Assembly: GCA_902599655.1 (NCBI GenBank)
Contig: CACKGC010000004.1
Span: forward strand, 1,357-65,356
Length of the DNA: 64,000 bases
Source: an uncultured Fidelibacterota bacterium
Lineage (GTDB): Bacteria; Fidelibacterota; Marinisomatia; Marinisomatales; Marinisomataceae
Direction: 5' to 3'
Part shown: piece after piece, positions 30,694 through 42,200 of the stretch
Layout of the letters: every line of letters begins with the position of its first letter
Position numbering within the stretch: the stretch's first letter is position 1
Translations under genes and position numbers: made by a program
The notes under the pieces: generated by a model
What the model saw: only the letters and a program-made list of their open reading frames with translations
Told to the model about the DNA's origin: nothing
Databases searched by the model: none

Positions 30694-31977
30694 ATGGAAA
30701 AAACACTCAAACCAGTAATCGAGAAGGTTCATGCTAGAGAGATTTTAGACTCGAGGGGATTTCCAACAGTTGAAGTGGAAATTACAGCATCGGGTCATAA
30801 AAGTATATCTGCTGTTCCTTCAGGAGCATCTACAGGAGAATTTGAAGCTCTAGAACTAAGAGATGGAGATACCAAAAGATTTCACGGTAAAGGTGTTTTA
30901 AAAGCTGTGGATCACGTTATCAACAATTTTGGACCAGCGTTGATTGGTAAAGATGCAAGCAATCAAAAAGAAATTGATGATCTGCTTATTAATATTGACG
31001 GCTCTTCAAATAAAAGTACGTTTGGTGCAAATGCAAGCTTAGGAATATCAATGGCTTGTTCAGTTGTTAGTGCTACTTTCTATAATAAATCATTATATCA
31101 CTACTTAAACCCTAATAGTAATATAATGCCTGTACCAATGATCAACGTCCTCAACGGCGGAATGCACGCAGACCAAGGTTCTGATCTACAAGAAATTATG
31201 TTATTCCCACATGGCGCAAAAAACTTTAAGCATTCTCTTCAAATGGGCTCTGAAGTATTTCATTGTTTAAAAAAGGAGTTAAAAAAACAAGGACTAGGAA
31301 CAACAGTGGGGGATGAAGGCGGATTTGCTCCGGCATTAAAATCAAATGACCACGCAATTGAGCTCCTTCTTAATTCTATTGAAAAAGCTGGGTTTAATAT
31401 TGGAAATGATATTTCTTTAGCTTTAGACGTGGCAGCATCAAGTTTTTATAAAAATCATAAATACCATTTAAAGGTTGATGGAAGCGTTTTAGATACTGAT
31501 GGAATGATTGGTTTTTATGAAGATTTAATTAAAAAATACCCAATTGTTTCGATTGAAGATGGTCTAGATGAAAACGATTGGGAGGGTTGGGCTAGCATGA
31601 ACAATGCACTTGGTTCAAAGATTCAAATTGTAGGTGATGATTTAACTGTAACCAACCCAAAAAAACTAAAAAGGGCAATTGAGCAAAAATCAATGAATTC
31701 TATATTAATCAAATTGAATCAAATTGGAACTGTTTCAGAGACAATCAAGGCCATAGAAATGGCTAAGAAAAATAATATGAATTATATCATTTCACATAGA
31801 TCAGGTGAAACGGAAGATACTTTTATATCTGATCTGTCAGTTGCGATGAATGGCGGACAAATTAAAACAGGTTCAGTGTGTCGATCTGATAGAACAGCAA
31901 AATATAATCGACTTCTAAGAATTGAAGAACAGCTCCAAAACTCAAAATTGTGTAATTCTTTAAGCTTTATTAAATGA
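30694..31977 (+). CDS. eno: Enolase
   Basis: 427 aa. HAREILDSRGFPTVEVE N-terminus and the SHRSGETEDTFISDLSVA motif. Confidence 0.97.
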   Translation: MEKTLKPVIEKVHAREILDSRGFPTVEVEITASGHKSISAVPSGASTGEFEALELRDGDTKRFHGKGVLKAVDHVINNFGPALIGKDASNQKEIDDLLINIDGSSNKSTFGANASLGISMACSVVSATFYNKSLYHYLNPNSNIMPVPMINVLNGGMHADQGSDLQEIMLFPHGAKNFKHSLQMGSEVFHCLKKELKKQGLGTTVGDEGGFAPALKSNDHAIELLLNSIEKAGFNIGNDISLALDVAASSFYKNHKYHLKVDGSVLDTDGMIGFYEDLIKKYPIVSIEDGLDENDWEGWASMNNALGSKIQIVGDDLTVTNPKKLKRAIEQKSMNSILIKLNQIGTVSETIKAIEMAKKNNMNYIISHRSGETEDTFISDLSVAMNGGQIKTGSVCRSDRTAKYNRLLRIEEQLQNSKLCNSLSFIK

Positions 31978-32267
31978 AGTCATTTTTCTCATTAACAAAC
32001 CTCTTAATGGTCACAATTGTTATTGGCTGCATTTCTCTGCTTCTGTTTAGCGACAGGGGATTAATTAATTTATGGTCACTTAAAAAAGAAAAATTAGAAA
32101 TTCAAAATGAAATCAATGATTTAAGAAATCAAATTGCTATGCTTGAAAAAGAAGAAGAGAAGTTAAAATTTGACGAAAAATACATTGAAAAAATTGCTCG
32201 TGAAAAATTTAAAATGGTTAAACCTGGAGAAAGAGTTTTTAAAGTAACGGATGGGGAATCTAACTAA
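31974..32267 (+). CDS. ftsB: Cell division protein FtsB/DivIC (septum formation initiator)
   Basis: 97 aa. One N-terminal TM helix, a coiled coil, and YIEKIAREKFKMVKPGERVF. Shows the conserved eno-ftsB linkage with a 4-nt overlap. Confidence 0.8.
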   Translation: MKSFFSLTNLLMVTIVIGCISLLLFSDRGLINLWSLKKEKLEIQNEINDLRNQIAMLEKEEEKLKFDEKYIEKIAREKFKMVKPGERVFKVTDGESN

Positions 32268-32934
32268 ATAAATCTTTTGCAACCTTAAATGACTTTACAT
32301 CTGGAAAGTGATATCTTACCAGCTCTGACATAAATCTAGTCATTATTTTTCTTTCATAATTAGGCATATTTTTTGATTTATGCATTACATTAAGATCTAA
32401 ATCAAATATTAAATTTAAATCGTCTAATAAATTTGGATTTTTTTGCTGAAAACGTAAGATTATTGGATGTTTTTTTGCGCTTAAAATGTCATACCCACTG
32501 TTTTTAAGAAAATGCAATATAAAGTAATAAAAAGCGTTATTAAGATTTTTGTTATTATGGTCAAAATAAAGCATTACAGATTGTAATGTATCATATGTCT
32601 TTGTGTCCGGAATTTCTTCATCATAGCTTTTATCAATTATTTCTAGCATAGATGTACAAAGCACTGTTTTTTTTAAGTCTGCACATATATTTTCCCAGTC
32701 GTTTACAAGTTTTACGCTATAAACTGGATGTATTTGTTTTTTGGGGTGGTGCGTATAATTAATCTCGACCTCATTTAACTGTTGATATATCGCCTTATTA
32801 GGTGACTTTTGCCTCATTGCAGCTTTTACAATGTATGTAGACTTGCCCTTTTCTCGCGTAAATAGCCTAATTATTAAACTTGACTCCTTAAAGATTGTTG
32901 TTTTTAGTACAAGTGCGTGAGATTTAATTTTCAT
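32260..32934 (-). CDS. recO: DNA repair protein RecO (probable)
   Basis: 224 aa. N-terminal OB-fold pattern (ALVLKTTIFKESSLIIRLFTREKGKSTYIVKAA). Size fits RecO, but similarity is weak by eye. Confidence 0.55.
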   Translation of the reverse strand: MKIKSHALVLKTTIFKESSLIIRLFTREKGKSTYIVKAAMRQKSPNKAIYQQLNEVEINYTHHPKKQIHPVYSVKLVNDWENICADLKKTVLCTSMLEIIDKSYDEEIPDTKTYDTLQSVMLYFDHNNKNLNNAFYYFILHFLKNSGYDILSAKKHPIILRFQQKNPNLLDDLNLIFDLDLNVMHKSKNMPNYERKIMTRFMSELVRYHFPDVKSFKVAKDLFS

Positions 32935-33995
32935 TGTGGAATTTCTATTTTCCCCCAGCCTGCGTGAGTTAGGCTTCCAAAATATAAATTATTTTCATAT
33001 TGCTTCACGCTTGTAATAGGAGAGTAAGCTTCATCTGCTTTGTATTGTAAGTTATAGACTACTTTACCTCCTTCATCTAATCCAAGAACATAAGAATGAT
33101 TAATTGGTTGAGGCTGCAATGATTCAGGAAGTCTTAAAACCATTTTTCTCAAAAATGGATTATTGGACGACATTTCAATAAAGTCGTTCCTCGGATTAAA
33201 TAACGCAACCCAAAAAATACCCTCCTCATTTGATGAAACGTTGTCTGGGAAACCAGGTAAGTTTTCTATAAAAATTTCTGAGGTTCCAGCTTTATCTCCT
33301 TTTAACCAATATTTTTGTATTCTGTACATAAATGTTTCGTTAACCAAAACAAATGACTCGTCACTGCTCAGCGCTACTCCGTTTGCAAAGTATAAGTCTT
33401 TTAGGAGGGTCGTTGTTTTTTGGGTAACTGGATCATAAACCAACAATCTACCGTTAGCAGAATGTTCTAAGAGCTCTAACCTGTCATTTCCATATCCATA
33501 TTTGCTCGATGCATCCGAAAAATAAATTTTACCGTCACTTGCAATGTCTAGGTCGTCAACAAACTTGAAGGGTATATTGTCTGAATCAGATTTGATCGAT
33601 AAGGAGGTAACCTCACCGCTATCATCAATTGAAATAAGTCCTTGAATAGCATCTGCAACAACTAAGTTATCATTAGAATCAAATGCCATACCGAGTGGTC
33701 TACCCTTAGTATCTGCAAAAATACCATCAACATTCATTATTACGCCACTGTCATAACCTACATAAATTTCATCATTTTTAAGCACAATGTCCTCTGGTCC
33801 AACATATCCATCATTAATCCAAAATATCTTGATATCTTTAAGTTTTTGATTCAAAGAAAACATAGGGTCCGTTCTACTGTCTTTTGGGCTTTCCCATGCG
33901 GCTGGTTCAATAGGAACTGGCCAAAACAAAAGATAGATTATGGCTGTGGTTAATAGAAGTGAAATTATATTTGAAATATTATTAATTTTTTTCAC
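32931..33995 (-). CDS. Strictosidine synthase-like / SMP-30-gluconolactonase-type beta-propeller, membrane anchored
   Basis: 354 aa. N-terminal TM helix, then propeller repeats with GRPLGMAFD, YFSDAS and ANGVALS patterns typical of the Str_synth/SGL family. Confidence 0.65.
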   Translation of the reverse strand: MKKINNISNIISLLLTTAIIYLLFWPVPIEPAAWESPKDSRTDPMFSLNQKLKDIKIFWINDGYVGPEDIVLKNDEIYVGYDSGVIMNVDGIFADTKGRPLGMAFDSNDNLVVADAIQGLISIDDSGEVTSLSIKSDSDNIPFKFVDDLDIASDGKIYFSDASSKYGYGNDRLELLEHSANGRLLVYDPVTQKTTTLLKDLYFANGVALSSDESFVLVNETFMYRIQKYWLKGDKAGTSEIFIENLPGFPDNVSSNEEGIFWVALFNPRNDFIEMSSNNPFLRKMVLRLPESLQPQPINHSYVLGLDEGGKVVYNLQYKADEAYSPITSVKQYENNLYFGSLTHAGWGKIEIPQ

Positions 33996-33999
33996 TTCA

Positions 34000-35460
34000 C
34001 TAGTAAGCCTTAGCGAAAACTACCAAATGTTTAGCAGTTTCCCCTGAAAAAATACACTTATTGGAGGGGTCTTCGTTATCTTCAACTATGCAGCGGATTG
34101 TTGCTTTAGTTTTTTCTTTTATTTTCAGTTCGGTTTCATCTGTTCCATCCCAATATGCTTTGATGAATTGGTTATTTTTAGATAGCGTATCTGTAAAATC
34201 AGCAAAAGTGCTTACTGTGCATGTATTGTTATCCATAAAGGTTTTTGCGTCATTAAAAAGATTATCTTGAATGCTTTGTAAAATAGTTGGTATTTCGTCA
34301 ATTTTATCGATTTGGACTTGCTGTTTTTCTGAATTATCTCTTCGACAAACAGTAACCTCCATATTCTCAAACTCTTTTAAGCCGATTTCAATTCTTATTG
34401 GCACGCCTTTAAGCTCCCATTTATTAAATTTAAATCCTGGGCTTTCATCGAGATCATCAATATGTGTTCTTATGTTTAGGTGAGTTAATTTTTCTTCCAC
34501 TTTCATTACAAAACTAGAAAATTCTTCAGACTTTTCTTTTTTTGGATTAATTGGGACAATAACAACTTGCGTAGGTGCAATTTTAGGTGGAATTTTTAGA
34601 CCTTTATCATCTCCATGAACCATTATCAGCGCTCCAACCATCCTTGTGCTAACACCCCAACTGGTTGCATAAACCGGGTGCTCTTTGTTGTCTTTACTTT
34701 GAAATTTTACATCAAATGCTGATCCAAAGTTAGTCCCAAGATAATGTGAGGTACCTGCTTGCAAAGCTTTCTTATCTCTCATCATTGTCTCAATTGAGAA
34801 TGTTTCATCTGCTCCAGCAAATCTTTCAAGATTTGATTTCCTACCTATAATTGTTGGAATTGCTAGATAGTCCTCAAACAATATTCGATAAATTTCTACA
34901 ATTTCGAGCGTCTCTTCCATTGCTTCTTCTTTTGTAGCATGTGCAGTATGGCCTTCTTGCCATAAAAACTCAGAAGTTCTTAAAAATAGTCTTGTGCGCA
35001 TTTCCCAGCGTACAACATTAGCCCACTGGTTTACTTTTAGCGGTAGATCTCTGTATGATGTAATCCATTTTTTAAACATGTGCCAAATGATTGTTTCTGA
35101 TGTTGGTCTAACAATGATTTCTTCTTCAAGTTTAGAGTCGGGATCTACCGTTAAAGATCCTTCTTCAGAAATAAGTTTTGAGTGAGTTACAACAGCACAC
35201 TCCTTGGCAAAGCCTTCAACGTGTTTAGCTTCTTTTTCTAAAAAACTTTTAGGTATGAATAATGGAAAATATGCATTATCGTGACCACTGTCTTCAATCA
35301 TTTTATTTAAGGAGTCTCTGATGTTTGTCCAAAGTGAAAAGCCATAAGGCTTTACAACCATTGTACCTTTAACAGGGCCATAGTCAGCTAAATCAGCGTC
35401 TAGAATAACGTCTGTATACCATTTGGAAAAATTATCGCTCTGTTTTGTAATTTTGGCCAT
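34000..35460 (-). CDS. proS: Proline--tRNA ligase, archaeal/eukaryotic-like type (no INS editing domain)
   Basis: 486 aa. Class II motifs (FRDE-like RTRLFLRTSEFLWQEGHT; WGVSTRMVGALIMVHGDD), an anticodon-binding domain, and the type-specific C-terminal domain ending in Tyr (...FAKAY). Confidence 0.92.
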   Translation of the reverse strand: MAKITKQSDNFSKWYTDVILDADLADYGPVKGTMVVKPYGFSLWTNIRDSLNKMIEDSGHDNAYFPLFIPKSFLEKEAKHVEGFAKECAVVTHSKLISEEGSLTVDPDSKLEEEIIVRPTSETIIWHMFKKWITSYRDLPLKVNQWANVVRWEMRTRLFLRTSEFLWQEGHTAHATKEEAMEETLEIVEIYRILFEDYLAIPTIIGRKSNLERFAGADETFSIETMMRDKKALQAGTSHYLGTNFGSAFDVKFQSKDNKEHPVYATSWGVSTRMVGALIMVHGDDKGLKIPPKIAPTQVVIVPINPKKEKSEEFSSFVMKVEEKLTHLNIRTHIDDLDESPGFKFNKWELKGVPIRIEIGLKEFENMEVTVCRRDNSEKQQVQIDKIDEIPTILQSIQDNLFNDAKTFMDNNTCTVSTFADFTDTLSKNNQFIKAYWDGTDETELKIKEKTKATIRCIVEDNEDPSNKCIFSGETAKHLVVFAKAY

Positions 35461-35516
35461 TTACTATCGCTTTAATATATTATAAAGTAGAGTTAATTTA
35501 TAGAAAATCCAATACA

Positions 35517-36887
35517 ATGAAAAAAGCTATCTTTTCAACTGAAATCAACCTGCTAAGAAGCACTATGCAACGCCTTTTAAGGAGAAGCGCTCACACTAAC
35601 ATTACTAAAATATTAAGAAAAACGCACCAAGCAGATGTTGCGCTTATCATGAGAAATTTAAATCAATATGATCAAAACACAATTTTTAGTCTATGTCCTA
35701 CTGCACTGCACAAAGCAAGGCTCTTAGAAGAGCTCGATGAAGCACTAATTGAAAAAGTGCTAGAAAATGAAAGCTCAAAGACAATTTCAAAGATTTTTAG
35801 ATATCTTGATACAAATGACCAGGCAACAATTATTAGTATGTTTTCCGAGGACAAACAAAAAGAAATCTTAAAAATAATTGAAGTTGATGATAAAGAGGAG
35901 GTTGAAGAGATAATGTCATATCCAGATGATAGTGCTGGAAGTATAATGACAAAAGAAACTTTTACGCTTGATCAAAATACCTCTGTTAAAGATAGTATTA
36001 AAAAACTTCAGTCGTTCCCTGAAAACGATAAAATATTTTACTTATATGTGTTAGATAAAAAAGAAAAACTTGTTGGTGTGGTATCTTTAAGAACCCTGGT
36101 AACTTCGAAAAACACTAAAAAACTAAAAGATATTATGATTAAGGATATTCAAGCAGCAACTACAGACACTGATCAGGAAGAAGTAGCAAAAAAAGTGGCT
36201 CAATATAATTACCTTGCTTTGCCTGTGGTCAACAGACAAAACAGATTTCTTGGTATTGTTACTATAGATGATGTCGTTGATATTATAAGGGAAGAGGCTT
36301 CTGAAGATTTTTTACAAATGGCTGGTGTGGGAAAAGACAGAGAAATTCTCTTAAAATCTCCCTTTGAGAATGCACAGTCTCGAGCACCCTGGATCCTTGC
36401 AAGCCTCATAGGAGGTATTTGTGCTGCTGCTATTATTAGTTACTTCAATAATCTGTTAGAACAAATAATTGTTTTAGCTGCATTTATACCAGTGATAATT
36501 GGAATTGGTGGCAATGTAGGTACGCAATCCTCAACCATTGTAGTTAGAGGACTAGCCACCGGAAGAGTAGATGTCACAAACACCTTTCCATTAATTTTAA
36601 AAGAAGTGGTTGTAGGAAGCTTGTTGGGAGCAACATACGGCTTGTTGGTGGGTCTAGCCTCAGAATATATAACGGGAACCTCAATGAACAACCTAGGTCT
36701 TGTAATAGGATTAAGTATATTTTGCTCGATGACTATTGCAACCGCAGTAGGGGCTAGCGTCCCTATTATTCTGAAAAAACTTGATTTTGATCCTGCAATA
36801 TCCACAGGTCCATTTGTAACCACAGCAATAGATATTATAGGGGTTGCTTTATATTTTTTAATTGCTTCAACCGTTCTAATAAATTGA
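35517..36887 (+). CDS. mgtE: Magnesium transporter MgtE
   Basis: 456 aa. MgtE_N, a CBS pair and a TM domain with GIGGNVGTQSSTIVVRGLATG. Confidence 0.93.
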   Translation: MKKAIFSTEINLLRSTMQRLLRRSAHTNITKILRKTHQADVALIMRNLNQYDQNTIFSLCPTALHKARLLEELDEALIEKVLENESSKTISKIFRYLDTNDQATIISMFSEDKQKEILKIIEVDDKEEVEEIMSYPDDSAGSIMTKETFTLDQNTSVKDSIKKLQSFPENDKIFYLYVLDKKEKLVGVVSLRTLVTSKNTKKLKDIMIKDIQAATTDTDQEEVAKKVAQYNYLALPVVNRQNRFLGIVTIDDVVDIIREEASEDFLQMAGVGKDREILLKSPFENAQSRAPWILASLIGGICAAAIISYFNNLLEQIIVLAAFIPVIIGIGGNVGTQSSTIVVRGLATGRVDVTNTFPLILKEVVVGSLLGATYGLLVGLASEYITGTSMNNLGLVIGLSIFCSMTIATAVGASVPIILKKLDFDPAISTGPFVTTAIDIIGVALYFLIASTVLIN

Positions 36888-37429
36888 TAAGAATTGTTTA
36901 CATTATAGCTTTCGCTTTCTCTCAACTTTTTGCTAACAATGAGATAGAATACAATATTTCATTTGAATATTGGCTTAATGAAGACCTAAGAATTTTTACA
37001 GTTGATAATGTGATTACGCTAGAAGTGGAAGATGATGCAATTTATTTATCATCTAATAACTGGTTTGGTGAAACATTATTAGATGAAGAGATTGAATATG
37101 ATAATCAGCCTTTACTAGAAAATAGTATTTTTAATAAAATTTTATTTGATAAGACTATTCCAGAAGAAGATTCATGGATTGAGGGGTATAGCTTGCTTGA
37201 TGATAAAAAAATCAAGGTAAGATATCTATTTAGCACTATGAAAGATAATTTAAGGTTGTATCGCATGGATATTAAAGCATTAAATAAAGATAATGATGAT
37301 AATAAAGTAAATAATGTAATTTTAGATAATGATATCATTATGATATGGACTAATTTGGACAAAGATATCAAAAAAATTAGTTTGCGATATAATGGTGCAA
37401 CTTATGTGTTAAAATTCAATGAAGAATAG
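36884..37429 (+). CDS. Hypothetical secreted protein
   Basis: 181 aa. Signal peptide MIRIVYIIAFAFSQLFA and no recognisable motif. Overlaps mgtE by 4 nt and the M23 peptidase gene by 11 nt. Confidence 0.45.
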   Translation: MIRIVYIIAFAFSQLFANNEIEYNISFEYWLNEDLRIFTVDNVITLEVEDDAIYLSSNNWFGETLLDEEIEYDNQPLLENSIFNKILFDKTIPEEDSWIEGYSLLDDKKIKVRYLFSTMKDNLRLYRMDIKALNKDNDDNKVNNVILDNDIIMIWTNLDKDIKKISLRYNGATYVLKFNEE

Positions 37430-38141
37430 AAATTTATATATATTAAGCGCTTTATTTTTAGGCGCATGTGCAGCTCCAACCTCTAGCCTTGAGCGTTCAA
37501 GTAACCAAATTGATAAAACAGGGTATTTATTCTATCAAAATAGCGATATAAACCTTCATATAACTGAACTCAAAAATAAATTAGTACTTCCAGCAGAAGA
37601 ATATGGGGTACCTGATTATATCAACTTGCTACCAAATGCTAAAAGAGATTATAGATCTGGTTATCATATGGGAGTAGATTTTTCTTCTCCTATGAATTAT
37701 CCTATTAGAGCAGCATTTGATGGAGTGGTTGTAAGGAGCAATGCCCATCAGCAAGATGTTGACATCGATACATATAATTACTTTTTAAGTCTATCGTCAC
37801 AAGTAGGAAAAACACCAGATGATATTTACAATTTTATTCTTCTTGGTAAATCGGTTGTTATTGATCACGGATATAACATCACAGATAAATATAGAGCTAT
37901 TACTGTCTATTCACACCTTTCCTCAATTACAGAAGGAATGATGGCAGGTGATGTGGTTCAGGCCGGTGATATCATTGGGCTATCTGGCAATACTGGAACC
38001 TCATCTGGAGCGCTACAAAATGATAAAGGTGCACACTTGCACTGGGAATTGTTTTTTGATGATAAATCTGGAAGATATTTTCTAGGACAAAATATTCCTT
38101 CTGATTTATTAAAAATTAATATAGAACAACTATTTCAATAG
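37419..38141 (+). CDS. M23 family metallopeptidase lipoprotein
   Basis: Lipobox LFLGAC. M23 zinc motifs HMGVDF (HxxxD) and AHLHWELF (HxH). Confidence 0.85.
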   Translation: MKNRNLYILSALFLGACAAPTSSLERSSNQIDKTGYLFYQNSDINLHITELKNKLVLPAEEYGVPDYINLLPNAKRDYRSGYHMGVDFSSPMNYPIRAAFDGVVVRSNAHQQDVDIDTYNYFLSLSSQVGKTPDDIYNFILLGKSVVIDHGYNITDKYRAITVYSHLSSITEGMMAGDVVQAGDIIGLSGNTGTSSGALQNDKGAHLHWELFFDDKSGRYFLGQNIPSDLLKINIEQLFQ

Positions 38142-38150
38142 TATAAAGAA

Positions 38151-38174
38151 AAAGGGCTCATTTCTGAGCCCTTT
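38151..38174. terminator. Bidirectional hairpin terminator between convergent genes
   Basis: AAAGGGCTCA-TTTC-TGAGCCCTTT, between the M23 stop (38141) and the barrel-gene stop (38208). The arms are identical to those of the hairpin at 29856-29883. Confidence 0.7.
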
Positions 38175-38207
38175 AACTATTTCATTTTCTAAACTATGTG
38201 AACAGTT

Positions 38208-39263
38208 TTAGAAATCAAATGTAACCTGCATAGTACTATGATCATCAAAGTACTCGTTTGCAGTTCTCATAGCGTATGAAACATGCATCATGTAGTCACC
38301 TACAGGAACAGATACTCCAGCACCCATTGATAGGCCCCAGAATGTTCCACTCCATTCATCCCAGTCAGCATCTGAAAGACCGGTTGGCTTCTCATCGTCG
38401 CCAATAGTCATTGTAGTTGCTGCACCAAACCATGATGAACCTAACACATATTTAGCTCCAAGAGCCATTGTGTTGGTTTGGTATGAGTGATTAGTGAAAG
38501 TTGCACTTACATCTAAATTGTTCAATAAAGAGTAAGTAGCAGAAAGATCTAGACTTGTTGGTAACGCGAAGTTATCAGCAACTATTCTAAATGTTTCTGA
38601 TGATGATCCTGACTCAGAATCTACTGGCACCATGTCCATATCTAAGTTAATACCATCATAATGCATTCTACTTCCAACATTTTTCATTGCTACACCAAAT
38701 GTTAATGGTTGGTTTGGAAAACGATATTGTACACCAACATCCAATGCCATACCTGTAGCAGTTGTTTCTTCAATAGTTTCAGAAACTAATTTCCCTGCAA
38801 AACCAACATTTACACGATCAGAAAATGCTCGTGCAAATCCAGCAGTTGCGGTGAAGAAACTTGGGGAGAATGTTTGTCCGTCACCTTCAGGTGCGAAAGC
38901 AGTAGTTTTTGGAATGTCACCAAAATCTAAAGATTTGATTGTCATACCAAATGTTCCTGTTTCTCCCATTGCTACAACCATTCCTGCATACATTACGTCA
39001 ATGTCAGCAATATATGAGGTGGTTGAAACTGTTCCTTGTATCCCAGAGTTGTGTCTAGCTAGACCAGCAACATTAGTAAATAATGCGTCTACTCCAGCTA
39101 CTGTACCAACGTTTGTTCCGCTTAGTGCAACTGTTTCAGTACCGACTGGAATTAGTAGCTGTGAGGCACCAGCAGTACCTTGTGATCTTACTGTACCAGC
39201 GGTTAATGCTGAAACTAACACTGCGCATCCAAGGAAGATTTTAAATGTATTTTTCATTTTCAT
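38208..39263 (-). CDS. Outer-membrane beta-barrel, PorV/FadL-like
   Basis: 351 aa. Signal peptide, then N-terminal signature GASQLLIPVGTETVALSGTNVGTVAGVDALFTNVAGLA, which fits the PorV/PorQ and FadL pattern G.a..l......a.a.gg......d....NPAGLA. Alternating beta-strand pattern and an OMP terminus (...QVTFDF). Confidence 0.6.
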   Translation of the reverse strand: MKMKNTFKIFLGCAVLVSALTAGTVRSQGTAGASQLLIPVGTETVALSGTNVGTVAGVDALFTNVAGLARHNSGIQGTVSTTSYIADIDVMYAGMVVAMGETGTFGMTIKSLDFGDIPKTTAFAPEGDGQTFSPSFFTATAGFARAFSDRVNVGFAGKLVSETIEETTATGMALDVGVQYRFPNQPLTFGVAMKNVGSRMHYDGINLDMDMVPVDSESGSSSETFRIVADNFALPTSLDLSATYSLLNNLDVSATFTNHSYQTNTMALGAKYVLGSSWFGAATTMTIGDDEKPTGLSDADWDEWSGTFWGLSMGAGVSVPVGDYMMHVSYAMRTANEYFDDHSTMQVTFDF

Positions 39264-39275
39264 ATTCTCCTTATC

Positions 39276-42200
39276 CTAGTAAACGTCGAGACGTTGTTCT
39301 GGTTGAATTACAGCTAACTTAAGGATTTTATCTCCTCTGTTAGTCTCTACGTGCGCTACGTACATTCCACTAGCAACTGGAAGCTCGAAGTTGTTCTTCA
39401 TGTCCCAATATGTATGCTGTGAACCTGTATCGTTATGCTTAATTGTTCTTACTAGAGTACCGTCTAGAGCAAAGATTCTAATTGTTGCAGGACCTTCTGT
39501 TGGAAGGTGACTGAACATAACTCTTCTATCTAGAGCATCTCTTTCTTCAGGATTATATCCATAATATGGATTTGGCCATACAGTGATTCTGTCTGGGTCA
39601 TAATCGTTTGAAACCATTTCTAAACCAGCTGTTGAGAAGGTAAATGTATCAGCTGAAGAATTTGGTTTACTCATTTCCCAAACGACAGAACTAGCTGTTG
39701 AATAGCCACTACCCCATGCTGCGTGTCCAGCTTGTGTAGGTAGCACATTAGACCCTAAGTAGTCAGTGAATAATGTTGCTGTCATGTATGGATATGTAAT
39801 CGCTGCACCACTTGTTGTTGTGGCGTCAGATCCACCGAAAGCCCAACCAACACCACCAGATGTAATTAAATCATCATCTGCGATGTACTGTGCTTCTTTA
39901 CTTGGATCATATGGAGTAGCAACCATACCTACAAAGCAGTAGATTGGCTCCCATGCTGGCGCACCATAAACTGGTCCTGCCCAATCTCCATTAGCAAAAC
40001 TACCTTCATAGTCTAGGTCACGGTCATAATCCCAGTATCCTGCATACATTTGCTCTTTTTGACCAGTAGCAAAATTATGTCTGTATGCAGAGAAAGGAAC
40101 ATAACTGTTCACCCACTCATAAATGTAGTCCCATCCAAGCGATGGAGTACTAAAGTCAAGTTCTACATCGTCTGACTCCCAATAGTTAAACCTATCAAAG
40201 TCACGATTGTAAGGAGCTGAATAGTGTAAACCAGCTCTATTTTCAATAATATAACCTGTACGACCTAAACTAGCCCATGGTACATATGAAACCGCAGGGT
40301 CTCTTAATACACCATTTTCTTTCCAGCCGTGGTCCCACTCACTTACAGATAATAGATCTTCTTGAGGTCCATTAACCTGTACTTGGAAACCGTGTACAAC
40401 CGGAGTACCACCAGGTCCAACTTCTAAACCAGTAGCAGTATTAACACCACCAACAACAGGGTTGTTAGATACTAATACTTCACCAGTAGTTACGTTGGTT
40501 AGTGTCCAGTTAACAGCTACTGTTCCATCAGGCATCACATCATCAAAAGTAACAGAATAATCATCTCCTGTTAATTGTGAAGGATCTACAACAACCATAT
40601 CCACAGAACCCTGTGAAGGACCGTCGTGTGCTGCTGATACAACGTCACCAGCAGAAGCAGTTGCGTCACCTGCTGACATTGTGTTTGGAACTTCAGGTCT
40701 TACAGTTAAAAATATTGGACTACTTTCCAAAGTCTTTGGAATACCGTCCGCATTATAACCGTATGCTGTAACAGCATAGTAATATGCTCTGTTTGTAATC
40801 AGTTTTGAATTACCATTTAATCCATCTGTAGTAATTGAGTGGAATTGTGATAATCCGCTGTCTGAACCAAACTGTGTTCTAATATTAATATTCTCACCAA
40901 GCTCAGCATTAAATACGGTATCATAAATTTCAGTAACACCATTTACAATGTCGTATGTAGCCAATCTTTTCTTCGCACCAGCACCAGATGCAGTTTCATA
41001 TTGATACACATTGTAACCTTCAAACACAAAGCTTGTTGGGTTACCGTTTGCATCAAGATCAACTTCACTAGTTGCTACGTAATCTTCAGCTGTATCATCC
41101 CAAACCAAAATAACTTGGTCTGCAAACGCGCTAGCTGTTACGTTTGGTGAAGGTGGAGAGTCTGGCAATGCAAAGTCAATGTCATATGCTGTTTGAGCAA
41201 GAGCATCAACTTCTTTTAAATATGCCACAGATGATAAAGCGTCACCACCGGCTGCGTGGAAAATACCAAACACAACCTCTTGTGAGTCGCCTGCTGCCAT
41301 AGTAAATGGACCAACACTCATTAGGAAACGTCTGTCAGCAGATGCTGCATAGTTACCATCAATAGGGTTAGCCGTACTGTGACCCGCAGAATCATTTGGA
41401 TCCCCATAGAAACAGAATCTCTGATTATATAGGTCTCCAGCGATTTCAACTGGGTAAGCACTACCATCTTTTCTTAAACCTTGTAAGTAAAAATACCCTT
41501 CTGTTTCGTCAGACGGGTCAGTGTAAGTCGCATCACCATTAATGTAGAATGCGAAAGATGACATTTTAAGGTTTTTCATACCTGGATGACGAGTACCAAA
41601 CATTTTAGCACCCTCAGTTGGACAAACCTCTTCTGAGTCGCCATCTTCACAAGGAACCATTGGTCCTTGGAAGAAGTCATATCCAGCAGCAGGAGTTCCA
41701 ATATCTAATGTAGAGTACTGTGAGTCGTCTCCGTCATTCCATACATATCCCATACCTAATGCAACGTCACAACCAACAAAGTCGTCACCAGCATATCCTA
41801 AGTCGGGGTCTGACCATAGTCCCATATATGTGTCAACTAGGTCATCATCACCTTTATTGATAACAAGCTGTTTTAAAAACACCATGTCACCAAAAACGTC
41901 AGGTCTGTCAAATCCAAACATAGTTGTTTGAATTTCTACATTCATAGGAGATGTACCAAAATTAAGTTTATACGCAGGGTCACCATCGTTACTTACGAAC
42001 CAAAGTACTTGGTCACCTAAGAACTCAGGATGGTCTGTACCACCTGGAAGTGGAGTATAAACCCCATCTCCATCTACATCAACCCAAGGAGCACCAAACT
42101 CTACTGGCCACTCTTGGAAGTCAGCAAAGTCTAAAGGTGAAGCAAGCATGCTTTTTTCTACTTTGTAGATTCTGTGAACCGCAGCAAGCGGATCACCACC

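Noticed and set aside
35461-35516. Riboswitches in expected places: an M-box before mgtE, a glycine riboswitch before gcvP, a purine riboswitch before purA
   Set aside because: The available spacers are far too short for these elements: 56 nt before mgtE, 26 nt between tRNA-Lys and gcvP, and 34 nt before purA.
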